Positions 14,594 to 27,662 of a stretch of 64,000 bases of DNA are shown piece by piece. The position numbers and the translations under genes are program-made. Each line of letters begins with the position of its first letter. Position 1 is the first letter of the stretch. Under the pieces are notes generated by a model that worked only from the letters and a program-made list of their open reading frames with translations, was not told the origin of the DNA and made no database searches. Source of the DNA: Psilocybe cubensis (taxonomy: Eukaryota); NCBI GenBank assembly GCA_017499595.2, contig CM039005.1, positions 2,170,001 to 2,234,000 of the forward strand. The letters run 5' to 3'.

Positions 14594-15513
14594 CTACCGC
14601 GCCGTCGTCTGCATTCCCGATGCTTTATGCGATGCGCGTTCTGTGAGCGGGGCGTCTGCTGCGTTGGGCGCGGGAACCTCAAGACGGGAGTTTGCTTCGC
14701 GCTTGACGGAGCGCATGTCGCCTTTGAAGCCGAGGTAGTATAATCGGGAGACGTCGCCGCCTATCGAGTCGCTCTGTGTGGATTCATCATCATTAGATTG
14801 CGTGAACGAAACTCCAAACCCGGGGTAGCGTGCGCACTGCACAGGAACATGGGACAGACTTACGAAGAAGAGCGATAGTGAATGCACGCTGACGAAGGAC
14901 GCAACGCGCAGTGGGTACTCGACGACACGCGTCTCTCCCTCCAACAGGCTGATGTTGAGCTGGGGCTTGGTGTTCTCGGTGTCGGCAAAGTCGACGATGT
15001 GGTTGTGGTTGGTGTAGATGCGCAGGTGACGCGGCGTCACCTCACCCCTGCCTTGATCAGTTGAGCGTTGTACTTCGTGTATGTCAATGACTTGAAACAT
15101 ACCAAGCTTGATGAGCACCGATTTTATGCGTACATTTTGGGTGAATGGAATGTGGATGATAAGCTGGATGGTTATGTAGCAATGTAGCAGTAAGATTGGA
15201 TCAGACGACTGGGTTGAAGCCGATGAGATACACACCTGATCGTCTACATTGGACTCGATGAACTTTGTCGTCTCCTCTCGTTCATCCCATGGTTTGATGA
15301 CTTCCTTTGCATCCTCAGGAACGGTGAGGTTAAGGCCGTGTACGCTTGACTCGATAGCACAACACGATGAGGATTGCCCTGAACTTTTTTTGCAGCTAGG
15401 TTGCGAATGGCTCACTTGTCTCTGTCGATGACCCGAAACAAATTAGACGCGTCAGTTCCAGCCAGGTCAGAAGATAGGGAGTTGTTCGCGGTTTCTGATT
15501 CGTTTGAAGCCAT
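14594..15513 (-). CDS. PITH-domain protein (PITHD1-like), multi-exon
   Basis: MASNESET...NLFRVIDRDK, VHGLN, IKPWDER, ESNVDDQ, LIIHIPFTQNVRIKS, EYPLRVASF and SRLYYLGFKG are typical PITH-domain motifs. Confidence 0.85.
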
Positions 15514-15992
15514 TGTGGTGGTAGTAAGCAAGTTTGGAACGGACTGACCGGTGGAGATGATGAGTGATTTCCTTTTTTGAGCCAAACTTACCTCGCCTCG
15601 CATCATCTGCTTTCGCTTTCGGTAGAAACCATAATTCATGACATGCGGTTGGATTGGGTTTCGGAAAAGATAACAATGTAAATATCTGTGAGTTATATAA
15701 GAGTTTCCAGCAAAAGGAAAAATTGTCACAAATGCGGGGGAATGCATTATATTAGAGTCGATCAACCGGTCAACCCTAGGCAAGATTGGCAGAATAAGTA
15801 CCGGTTCTGGCGAAGGGAAACTCATATATTTTGTGTTATGAATTCGAGTTCTGGTGCATTGAAATTGTATTCATTTCCAGGCAAAGTAAGGGTGAGGAGC
15901 ACAATTTTCATACAAACGACACACATAATTTACATTCAAGATAAAGCTACTGAAATTTATATTCGACAAAGAAGAGAAAACACAGAGGGCTA

Positions 15993-16745
15993 TCACTTCT
16001 TGGTATCGAAGTTTCGGGGTGTGACTTTAATAGTTGCCATGAATTTTTCAAAAGTCAAAAGTCCCCCGCCGGTCGTGAAATCATCTATGTTGCCGTGTGT
16101 CTGAGCAGCTTGGCTGAATCGTAGTCCTTCCATGAACAAGAGAAAGAGTGGCTGAATCCAGTCCACCCAAAGGCCTTTCCACTCTGCGAGGATACCGTTT
16201 TCCAATCGGTCCATGAGCGGAATTGTTAATGCCTTTATTTGCACAGTGTTGAGCACGTTTGGGGTATTTGACCACCCTATCAGCGGCGAGCCCGGGAGAA
16301 GGCGCAACCTGCAGCCCTTTTTTAAATCATAACGTGTGGCTGCCCAAACGAGGATGTAGAAAAACGACTCGAGGTCGTGGCGGTACAAATGATACGTCGG
16401 AATTGTAGGGTATTTCAATTGGAATTTCGCTCTATCTTCCGGTGTCATGAGAAGATCACCAGCCATGAAGGGTAGAGTGCCTGTGATGTGGTGATCTCCG
16501 GTGGAAGGTGTTGTAGGTTTGCCATCGGGACCTAGAACGACGGCCATATCGAAGTCGTTGAGAACTCCGCGAACTCGAGGTTCTGTGATTTCAACAGACT
16601 TCGACTCGGTCGCTGGACCAGAGGCTATCTTTTTTGTAGCAATTTCCACATTATCGGCAACATCTTGTTCTTCCAGCTTGTCTGTCTTGCCAGGTAGATA
16701 TATCATGAGGTTATTCTCGCTGATATCACGGTGAAGGACATTTAC
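15993..16745 (-). pseudogene. FunK1 (Pkinase_fungal) copy A: 5'-deleted, exon 2 only, frame still open
   Basis: HRDISENNLM, LNDFD, TGTLPFMA and YRHDLESFFY are present, but exon 2 is fused directly to the upstream flank; exon 1 is absent. Confidence 0.85.
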
Positions 16746-17413
16746 CAGATGAAATATTGCTGTACCAATAACCGCATGCAGAGGATGAGGATTGGGAGTG
16801 ACTCTCGAAACAGGGGTTCATTTTGAATTATCGCTGAAAAAGCTCTTGCTTTTATAGATGGTTATATAAACCAAACGTGTCTAATTGGATCAACAATGAC
16901 TGTTACAACCACCGAGCGAAGGCCGTGCTTACTGGATTGTTGGACGGATATGGATATCCCAAGTGAAAGATGGTCCCAAATGTGATGGATCTGGTTGGGC
17001 AGACAATGCTGCTCGATGGATGCTATAGGGAGGATGGTTTGAAAAGACAATGAAGGGCGAGTGTAATTAGCAAAACGCGCCACCCATCAATTCCCGTGAT
17101 CGTGTCCATCTTTCCTATAGCTACGAGCGAGGGAGGACTTGGAATCAACCACAAATTTGAACTCATTCCCTCTCAAACTTGTAGCCTTGTAGGCACGTAG
17201 GCGCGGTCGGTACATAGCTACTTATGACCAAAAGAGTTGTATATGTTTTCAAATATAAACTTCGAGACACTTGAGTTCTTGTGCAAGCTGTATTCATGAC
17301 GACGGCGAAATCAGCGTGGGGCACACAATTTACATACAAACGACATGCATAATATGCATCGACAAAGCTACTGAACTTGGTATTAAACAAAGAAGAGAAA
17401 ACACAGAGGGCTA

Positions 17414-19855
17414 TCACTTCTTGGTATCGAAGTTTCGGGGTGTGACTTTAATAGTCGCCATGAATTTTTCAAAAGTCAAAAGTCCCCCGCCGGTCGTGAA
17501 ATCATCTATATTGCCGCGTCTCCGAGCAGCTGCGCTGCATCGCAGCCCTTCCTCAAATAAAAGAAAGAGTGGCTCAATCCAGTCCGCCCAAAGGCCTTTC
17601 CACTCTGCGAGGATACCTGTTTCCAATTCTTCCATGAGCGGAATTGTTAATGCCTTTATTTGCACAGGGTTGAGCACGTTTGGGGTATTTGACCACCCTA
17701 TCAGCGGCGAGCCCGGGAGAAGGTGCAACCTGCAGCCCTTTTTTAAATCATAACGTGTGGCTGCCCAAACGAGGATGTAGAAAAACGACTCGAGGTCGTG
17801 GCGGTACAAATGATACGTCGGAATTGTAGGGTATTTCAATTGGAATTTTGCTCTTTGTTCCGGTGTCATGAGAAGATCACCAGCCATGAAGGGTATAGTG
17901 CCTGTGATGTGGTGATCTCCGGTGGAAGGTGTTGTAGGTTTGCCATCGGAACCTAGAATAACTGCCATATCGAAGTCGTTGAGAACTCCGCGAGCTCGAG
18001 GTTCCGTGATTTCAACAGACTTTGACTCGGTCGCTGGACTAGAGGCTATCTTTTTGGTAGCAATTTCCGCATTATCGGCAACATCTTGTTCTTCCAGCTT
18101 GTCTGTCTTGCCAGGTAGATATATCATGAGGTTATTCTCGCTGATATCACGGTGAAGAACATTGCCAGTTTGAAAGGCATGGTAATGGCCTATGAGATAT
18201 CAATTAAAATTTGTTGAAATGTCACAGAAAAACTTACATTCCACGCAGTCGATATAAGCCTGCTTGAACTCGTCAATGTCAGTGGCTTCCCAAAGGTGTT
18301 TGTAGCGGTTTGTTGCAATGACATGAAGGTTGCGGTCGTCACTGTGATTGCTAGGGGGGTTGGCTGAGTCCTTCATTGCATTGTAGACATTGTACTTTGG
18401 CATGGCAAGTTCTTCTGCTGTAATCTTCGTATAGAATACAGGGTCGGGAAGGTGATCATGCCAGCAGTTGGGAAGCACTGTGCGAAGATGACTGATGATC
18501 TCGCCTTCATGCTGACGAATTGGAAACTGCCAACTCATCTTGAGGACATATAGATTATGAGAGAACGTCTTTCCTATGAGTCCATGGCGCACATCTGCGG
18601 CCACGGTGCCGCGACCGTTAATACCTCTGTAGCGAGAGATAGAATTGTGTATAGCAAACACATGTTCCTTGTTGCCCTTGGTAAATTTGTAGCAGACATT
18701 TTCCATCTGAGGCAACGGCGTGGTCAAGGGAACGACAGTGGAAGTCTGAATGGGCTCATCAAGCTTTCCAGCCAGGTGATAGATATAAGGGTCAAATCCA
18801 GCCTGCTTCATGTTGCTCTGACTAAGAGCAAACAGGGAAGCTGCAAGATTGGCCATGCCAGATGGTTGAGAAAAGTCATGAGAGACGGTACGCATCGCGC
18901 CCGAGCGATCATAATACCAGAGTCTAAAGGTGACGCCGTTGATAAAAATACCAGTCACGTAGTGTCGATTTCCGGCAGAAAGACACTCGAGCGCATAATT
19001 AGCGAGTTGTAATTCATGTAATGGGATGTTCCGGGTGGTACGTTGTTTTTTCGCGTCGCTATGTTCCTTTGACAGGGTTGGACTGCCCGGTCGCTTGTTT
19101 CTAGATTCTCCGCTGTCCTGAGTGAAACCAGACGAGTTGCCCGTCCCGGCAGTATTGAGCGAAGACACCTCGGTACCTACACCAGACCCTGTGCCCGTCT
19201 CTTTGCCTTCGTGAACGGTGTCAAGCTTGGGGGTGACCGTCTTCCTACCCTTCTTAAATTCGACCGGGGCACGAGCAAGACCCCATGTTGGTACCTCTAC
19301 ATGTTTGATAGAGTCTTCATTGTCGGGATTCAAAGGATTGTTGTCGTTATCCACCGGTATGCATACCTCCAGGAGGTCAGGCTTGAGCATGCCATGATGG
19401 GAACCCTTCTTCGTTTTCACGCCCTTTGTTTGGGCGTTGCGGCTCGATGTCTTCGTGGATTTGACACGAGATTCACGAGAGACATATGTTGTGCCATTTC
19501 CATCCCAGAAGTAGGTTTGGAGCACAGTGTGCGGAAGGTTGAATTGATCACAAACACTCTTGAGAAGTGCTCTAGAGATACCGCGAAATGGCTTGTGAAG
19601 TGCGGGCTCCCGCTTATTGCTGAGAATATGCAGATATTCTTTCAGGAGGTCGTCTGGCAGCTGAAATTGCATATCAAGAATTTCCGAAACCTTTGCAGGC
19701 TCTAGGCCCCAGACGTGCTCGACAAAATGGGCCACGGAGACGTTGTTGAGGACGTGGTCATCAAGGTCCGATTTGAGGATGTCCCTCATGTCGTCGGCAT
19801 TGATTTTTATATCGGAACTGGCCGACTTGATCTTCATGGGAGTATGACCAGACAT
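17414..19855 (-). CDS. FunK1 fungal-specific protein kinase, copy B, intact (2 exons, ~797 aa)
   Basis: Exon 1 (19855-18238) has KPDLL, EFK, QLANYA, LWYYDRSG, GRGT and LKMSW. Intron 18237-18190 is GT-AG. Exon 2 has HRDISENN, DFD, TGTIPFMA and RHDLESFFY. Confidence 0.9.
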
Positions 19856-20598
19856 TGAACAAGAATCTGGAGAGGGGTGAGCTCAGAGGGTACGGGGCAA
19901 TGTGTCTCAGGTGGGTTTACCAGATGAAGTGCTGTACCAATAACTGGATGAAGAGGATGTGAATTGGGAGTGGCTTTCGAAAGAGGGGGTCATTGTGAAT
20001 CGCTGAAAAAGCTCTCGCTTTTATAGATGGGTTATCAACTAACTGTGTCTAATTGGGTCAACAATAGGTGGTGCCACGTATGAGTGGTGCCACGCATCAC
20101 AACCACCGAGCGAAGACCGTGCTTACTGGATTGTTGGACAGATATGATATAGATATCCCAAGTGAAAGATGGTTCCAAATGTGATGTCTTGGGCAGACAA
20201 TGCAGCTCGATGGATGCTTTAGGGAGGGAATGGTTTGAGAAGACACTGACGGGCAAGAGTAATTAGCAAAACACGCGACCCCATCAATTCCCGTGATCGT
20301 GTCCATCTTTCCTACGAGCGAGGGAGGATGGTCGGACTTGGAATCAACCACAAATTTGAACTCATTCCCTCTCAAACTTGTAGCCTTGTTAGGCACGTAG
20401 GTGCGGTCGGTACATCGCTACTTCAGACCAAAAGAGCTGTATATGTTTTCAAATATAAACTTCGAGACACTTGAGTTCTTGTGACGACGGCGAAATCAGC
20501 GTGGGGCACACAATTTACATACAAACGACATGCATAATATGCATCGACAAAGCTACTGAACTTGGTATTAAACAAAGAAGAGAAAACACAGAGGGCTA

Positions 20599-21234
20599 TC
20601 ACTTCTTGGTATCGAAGTTTCGGGGTGTGACTTTAATAGTCGCCATGAATTTTTCAAAAGTCAAAAGTCCCCCGCCGGTCGTGAAATCATCTATATTGCC
20701 GCGTCTCCGAGCAGCTGCGCTGCATCGCAGCCCTTCCTCAAATAAAAGAAAGAGTGGCTCAATCCAGTCCGCCCAAAGGCCTTTCCACTCTGCGCGGATA
20801 TCGTTTTCCAATTGGTCCATGAGCCTGATTGTTAATGCCTTCATTAGCATAGCTCTCGTCAGTTTTGCGGTATCCGACCAGTCTATCAGCGGCGAGTTCG
20901 GGGGAAGGGACAACCTGCGGCCGGTTTTTAAATCATAACATGTGGCTGCCCAAACGAGGATGTAGAAAAACGACTCGAGGTCGTGGCGGTACAAATGGTA
21001 CGTCGGAATTGTAGGGTATGTCAATTGGAATGTCGCTCTATCTTCCGGTGTCTTAAGAAGATCACCAGCCATGAAGGGTAGAGTGCCTGTGATGTGGTGA
21101 TCTCCGGTGGAAGGTGTTGTAGGTTTGCCATCGGAACCTAGAATGACGGTCATATCAAAGTCGTTGAGAACTCCGCGAGCTCGAGGTACTGCGATGAGTG
21201 CCCTGGAGATCCCACGAAATGGCTTCGGGAACAA
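20599..21234 (-). pseudogene. FunK1 copy C: doubly deleted, lacks the HRD catalytic loop
   Basis: A short exon-1 piece (KPFRGISRAL) is fused to PRARGVLNDFD...; the C-terminus is identical to copy B. Confidence 0.85.
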
Positions 21235-21479
21235 TGAGTGGTGCTACCCAGTGTTATAACCGTGACTGAGCAAAGGCCGTGCTCACTGGGTTGTTGGACG
21301 GATATGGATGTAGCAAGTGAAATATGGTTCCAAATGTGATGTACCCGCTCGGGCAGACAATGCTGCTCGATGGATGCTCTAGAGAAGTGATGTTAGTAAA
21401 AAGACAACCTCAATGACTCCTGTCATGCATCAATTCGCGTGATTGCGTCCATTGTTTCCCACAAGGGGACGTTCAGACT

Positions 21480-22255
21480 TCACGCCTGTCTCAGGGAACC
21501 AGTCCCACAGTATTCCACAGATATAGTATTGTAATCGGAGAGAATTGACTCGGATATCATTAGCACTTCACCTAATTCTTTTGCTTGCCTTGCCCTCGCT
21601 AAGTTTTTAGTATCCGACCAATCTATGAGCTGAGAAGAGTTGGGCAGCTTTAAATCCTTGTGGGCACTTAGATCATAACACGTCGCTGCCCAAATGAGGA
21701 TGTAGAAAAACGACTCGACTGGTCGTGGCGGCACAAATGGAACGTTGGAGTTGTGGGGTACAGCGTTTGGTATTGGTTTCTTTCCTTTGGCATTAGGAGA
21801 AGATGGCGAACCATAAAAGGTAAGTTGTCTGCAATGAAGTTGTTACGTGAGAGATTGTCCCTCGCGGGTCTGCTATCTGAGCCTCGAGAAACGGCTATGT
21901 CCTAGTCAAAAAGAATGCCGAAGACTTGTGACTTTTTTACTCCAATCGATTTCGATTCAATGGCCTTGAAATTCTCGCTGCTGTATGTCTTGCATATCAT
22001 GAGGGATCTCCCGCTAATGTAGCGGTGGAGTTTATTTGTAGCATGAAACGCAAGGAAATGGCCTACAACAGGTTTGTATGTTGGTTAGTGCCTGCGTAGA
22101 AGCGTCGAACAACGGCTTAACGCTAAAAGCTTACATTCCACGCAATCGTCAAAAGCTTGCTTAAACTCTTCAATGTCCTGAGCCTCCCAGAGAGGCCTGT
22201 AGTGGTTCGCTACAATGACACAAAGGTTGCGATCATCGCTGTGATTGCTCGGGGG
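21480..22255 (-). pseudogene. FunK1 copy D: older degenerate relic
   Basis: SNHSDDRNLCVIVANHYRPLWEAQDIEEFKQAFDDCVE, intron at the same position, HRYIS, FD*, LPFM and ESFFYILIWAATCYDL, with stops and frameshifts. Confidence 0.8.
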
Positions 22256-22797
22256 CACGCCTTCTTAAACAGAAATCCTGAAAGAATTGAAGACTTCCTT
22301 TATCGGGGTCTTGAACATGGATTATCGAGATAGCGTTAGCTGAGAGATATGTTCATTGAAGTTTTCTTCTCTATCAAAGGTGAGGAGGAGTTGGGTTTGA
22401 GGCCCCGACTCGACTAAACAGCCTCGCGATGGCCCATCACTACACGCGATCGTGTTCAAGGGCCAATAGCGAGATTGTCTTCGCCCATAGCGTAAATCTT
22501 CTGGTTGTGTCCTAGAGTTGACTTTAGTCCCAGTACCGGGCGAGATAAATGGTCCTCTGTATACGGAGTGAATTTTCCAGTTATCAAGTATCACTCCATT
22601 TTGTGAATTTCTTTCTAGTTTCAATGCGGTAAAATCTTGTTTGCATTTATAATGTGTAATCAATATCTATGAAAGAAATTCTACAATGGATACGTACAAA
22701 ACGAGGGAGATTGTTTAAGCTGAGCCGCCGAGAATTAATCCTTTGACCCAAATTCTCTTCTAGTATCTATGATTTCGAAGCGCCAAAATACATGTGT

Positions 22798-25051
22798 TCA
22801 CACCGATTCCATCCGCCGAACGCTGGTGGGCACACATATCCATAGAAGAACCATAACTACCATCATAGATATCATCCTACAAGGATAAATCAGTCCCAAC
22901 TATGCCTATACCACTAAAGTCTTTGACAGAGACTCACAGGGGTTGCAAAGCACCAATTCCAAACTTTGAAGCCAGAACACCTGTGATGAAAGGTAACGCG
23001 GCGGATCCTGCGACACCGATACCCGTGATGATCCCTATGCATGCCGTGAGGAGATGGGGGGGAAGAATATGGGTCATATGCGACACGAATACGGGAAACA
23101 TGGGGCCGAGAACGAGACCAATGAGAGAAACCTGAAAGATGCAAAAGTCAGATACGAATTTGTAGCCAAGTGAGTGTATGCATACTGCCACAGCGTTTTC
23201 GTAGATCGATGGGACGAGCCAAACTGTCAGGTCGAGGCTTATTCGAAAGCCATTTAGAACAGATAATTCATATCAACCTAGTGACCTCTTACCCAATAGC
23301 AATTAAAGAGTATAGAATAATCACACGATGCTCTCCGACCATTTTGTTGAGCCACATCAAACCAACTCTGCCCAGCGTTAGACCTTCAAAGGGAACGCGT
23401 GTTTGCATAAGTGTCACGGTAGACCAAGAAGATGCAGAAACATACCACCAAAAAATCCGGACGAGATATAACCAGAGCTTGGTCCCCCTCCACGTTCATG
23501 AATGACAAACGTTACACTCCAACCTTTAGAAAGTGATTTAGTGTTTCAGTTATAACTAGTTCACTGTTTGCGTTTACCTCCAAAAGTGACTTCAACTCCA
23601 ATGTATATCACAGCAAAGGCAGCAAGAAGGGGAACACATTTCAAGGTAAAAATCTGCCTGTACGTATTTCCATGTCGCTGTGGATTGCACTCGGAATTTG
23701 TGGGAGACTTTTGGCCAGCGTCTAAAAGTACCTCTAGTAAAGAGAACGTCAGGGCCACTGTTTTTCTTCAGTTGGTATTCAAGAGATAGCATTACCTTCC
23801 TGTCTCCGAAACCTGAAAACAAGGATCACAGCAATAACGTTTATCGTAGCAAATACCGCGGAGAAAATGAACTGGTAAGCCCATCTGTGATCTGGGAATC
23901 TTGAAAAATACGTAGAAGCAAATGGTGAAGTAAGCGCCCCCAGTCCTAAAGAGCAGAAAAGCAGACGCATATTATTTAGCCGTGGTTCTCAGAAACTGAA
24001 GTATTTACGCCCACCATAGGAGCCATGCATCACTCCGAGTTTGGTTGTCATGTTCTTATCCAAGCTTCCGACAAATCCATTAGCTTGAGCGTTCTATAAT
24101 CGACATGGCAGTAAGTTAAAGCTGTGCACTATAACCTGTAAGACCGTCTAACCTGAAAAGACATACCAAAGCCAACAATGAAATAGGCGCATATTAAGAG
24201 AGGAAACGGAGGGGCAGGAGCGATGATAGCGTAGCCAAGAAGTTGACAACATGAGCCCAGAACAAGTATCTGGATTGATTCAAATCTAATTAGGACCACG
24301 AAACTTTATCATAAACCATGGCATAAGTGAAAGGAATACCTTTCCGAGACCCAGACGGTCGTTAAGCCAAATGTTCAGCGCAGCTCCAGTTATGAATCCC
24401 TGTTTCCCAGAGATAATTCACACAGGCATTCAAATAGATAGAAACAAGAGTGCTCACGAAACAGCCTCCAACAAATATCATGGACACAACCGAAAATCCT
24501 ACCTGTTACCAGCAAATGGTAGCTATCAGAAAAAGCATTTTATCATAAGAGAGACTACTTACATTGTAATGCTCCTGCAGCCTGGGGAGGAGCGGCCCCG
24601 TCGTGCCATCGTTCCAGCCTGCTAACCAGATACAATAGCACAATGATGCAAACTGTAACATGCCATTGCGTTTTTGAATTTTTGAAAGCTTCCCTGTCGT
24701 CGTTATAGAATCTAATGGAGGGAGGTCGTAGATGGACGCATAATGAGCGTTTTCGACGGATCCAGTGGCACTGGAATTCTGCAAGGTGTACTCGGAAGCT
24801 TCAGTGAGGGTTTTCTCAGACTCGGTGCCCGCAGTTGAGAGTTCTGTTATGTCGACAAAAGTCGGACTGAGAGATGGAAGATATAACCCAACTTCTACGT
24901 CTTTTTGTTCGGAGATCCCGTCAAGGTTTTGAACGATGTCGCAGTCGGGGACAGTGGAATCGACACTATTTTGGGGTGAAGGATGAGTTCCAGGGCACAT
25001 GGGAGGAGAAGTCCGCTTTTCATGTGTAGATTCTATACACATATTTGACAT
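22798..25051 (-). CDS. MFS transporter (BSC6/TsgA-like), multi-exon
   Basis: LAGWNDGTTGPLLPRLQEHY, YIGVEVTFGG, GLVLGPMFP, GSAALPFITGVLASKFGIGALQP; multiple transmembrane segments. Confidence 0.88.
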
Positions 25052-26724
25052 TGTCAAATTCTAGGAAGTGGGTGACGAAAGCAGGTATCGACAGTCTTGT
25101 TCTTTAAAGTCACTAAAAGCGTTTAAGCTTCGTGCCCCGTAGGATTTTTTTGAGTGACATGGGATAGCAGAAAAAAATCATGTCGCGAAAGTTTACGTTC
25201 CCTGCAGGGAACTTCGAGTCTTTTTACGAGAAACCGGAAGATATCTGAAGTGGACATTAACTTCTCTCTGCCGCAGATAAGGAGATATCAACTCAACCAA
25301 TGGTTACGCGTGACGACGTTACGGCCGACAGAAAGCCCTATTTTGCACCATAAGTAACCTAGAAGAAGCCGCAAGCACAACATGTCCATGTCTCTGTTAT
25401 ACAGAAGGGGCGGCATCGGCGCCGTTTTCCCGATATGATGGCACTGGTTACTTCTTTCATGAAAAATTTTCGACCGTTGTATGTTATCTGCGAGGAGTTC
25501 TGATTGGTTCGGACCTTCAACCTTGCAACCTGCGACGTAACAAAAGCCAGGAGAAGCCAGTAGAATCTCATTGGCAGGTACGTAGGAGATAAGATATGCG
25601 GACGGCATCGGCCTGCTGTCTACCTAAGAACGAAGCACTGTGAACGTTTATGTCAATGTAACACTTAATGGTTGAGGGAAATGACAAATGAGAATACTCA
25701 CAAGGTAACAACGCTTTATACCCACGCTTCGGCGCCAGCAGGCTGGGTATAGCATCTATCGCACCACCGCCAGGGTCGCCAATGGCGGGGAGTAGCCAAA
25801 TACATTCTATGAGTATTTAGGGAGGTGTGTGCTGCATGCGATTTAACGAAACGGGAATATAGGACCGAGTATGAAACCGATAAGGGAGATCTACCATCTA
25901 GTTATTCAGAGAATGAGCCTCCTCTCCCAGGAGGGACGTGTAGAGCACCGCTGCCGCGTTTTTGTAAAACGGAGCAAGCAAGATGTCCAAAAATGTTGCA
26001 TGAAAGGATAATTATCCATGTTCAAACATCGTGTGGATCATAGTATAAACATTCTATAGTTGAACTTGTTGAGGCTGCCTCCCTCTTTCGTCACGAATGG
26101 TTAACATCGGTTTGAGTGAGGATCACACCATAATAGAAGACAATCACCAGTTATTCGTCCCGCTCTCCCCTTACAGTCCTTGTGACGCCATTGTATTTTA
26201 AGGCTTCGTGCTCGAATCCATCATTTCCGCTTCAAAGGTCTCTGTTACAGTTGGATTTCAATGTCATGTATGGATGTTTGTCGTTGTGTCATTGCCAATT
26301 TATTCCTGCCAAAATTTTAACATGGGCATTGGGGAACTTTTAGAGAATATATGCGCACCTTTGAACTGTGGAACATGGATACGAGGGAGATTTGGCGATC
26401 TGTCCAATCCCTCAGGGCTTGATTGGTAGGTTGGAACCACGGCATCGCAACATTACCTTTAGCCAGTCTCAAATGCAATATAGCCTGAATGGCGGAATGT
26501 GTGTAAGATGTCGCAGCAATTATATTGGGACTTTTTGCATTGACCTAATGGTTGTAAACGAAGCATGTCTGCCGACGCGCGAGCAATTCTAGTTCATTGT
26601 TGCCATTTGTTTATCATCGGCTTCCATGAAGGAATTACTGTGACCAGACGACATGAAATAGAAACCTTGTTCTTTGTCCTCACCACATTCGCCTCCAGAT
26701 CTCTCTTCTAAGCCTACAAGTACA

Positions 26725-27662
26725 ATGTTGGCAGCCCAAGATGAGCGCTTCAAAAACGGTCGCGTTGCATCTTACCACACGCCCAAGCGTCAAGTTTTGG
26801 GGAATCGCGCCGGGCATACAGCGCCGGCCTGGAAAGCAAACGCAGCCAGCGTTTCTGGACACGGTATAAACGGTGGACCAGCAAGAGCCAAGTCTGTGAC
26901 GGAAACGGGGAGCAGAATCTTCATTAGCATGCTTCCGGTTGATGTCGGGGAAAAAGAGGTCGAGGTAGGCGCCCGGTCACTGCAAGTCTAGTCCAACCAA
27001 CTTGATGAAGGTCGTGCTATTCAGGAGCTTTTCCGGATAACTGTGGGGCCTCTCAAAGAGTCATTTCTGGTGTACAACTCTCAGGGGAGGTCGAAAGGCA
27101 TGGCTGTAGTCGCGTTCCAGCGTCCAGGAGATGCTATGGTCGCTCGTGCAAAATACGACGGGAAGTTCGTGGATGGACGTGAGTTTCTGTGCTTCGACGT
27201 GACTATGCTCATTATTGAAATCATGTATTATTCTCAAGGTCGCCCTATCAGGATTGAGATCCTGACAGATGGCTCGCACCTAACACAAGCTGCGGCAAAA
27301 CCTTCTCCACCCTCTCTCATTGATCGGCTTTCTCCCCCTTCTCCAGTCCAGCAAGCCCAACTGAACGGCACTGCTGCTTCACACCCGAAAACCACCGCGT
27401 CTATCCCATCGTATGCTACTATATCCCTTCTCAGCTTGGTTTACTGTATGCTAAGGTTTCGTTTTATAGCGGACCGCGTCCCACCAAGAAGGCAAATCCT
27501 CCAATTGCCCAGGCAGCTAGCGCAAAAGCAATCCCGATACCACCACGGAAGTTGAAAACGAAGAAAGGCCCCAAACGGTTGAAAAAGCGAGTAGTGACGG
27601 TGGATGACCTCGACAAAGAAATGGAGGATTACCGAGCTGCCGCTCCAGGGTTTGAGGAATAA
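26725..27662 (+). CDS. RRM protein of the Yra1/ALYREF (REF) mRNA-export adaptor type
   Basis: RRM (RIFISMLP...GRSKGMAVVAF...YDGKFVDG.RPIRIEI) and a C-terminal UAP56-binding-type motif DDLDKEMEDY. Confidence 0.8.
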
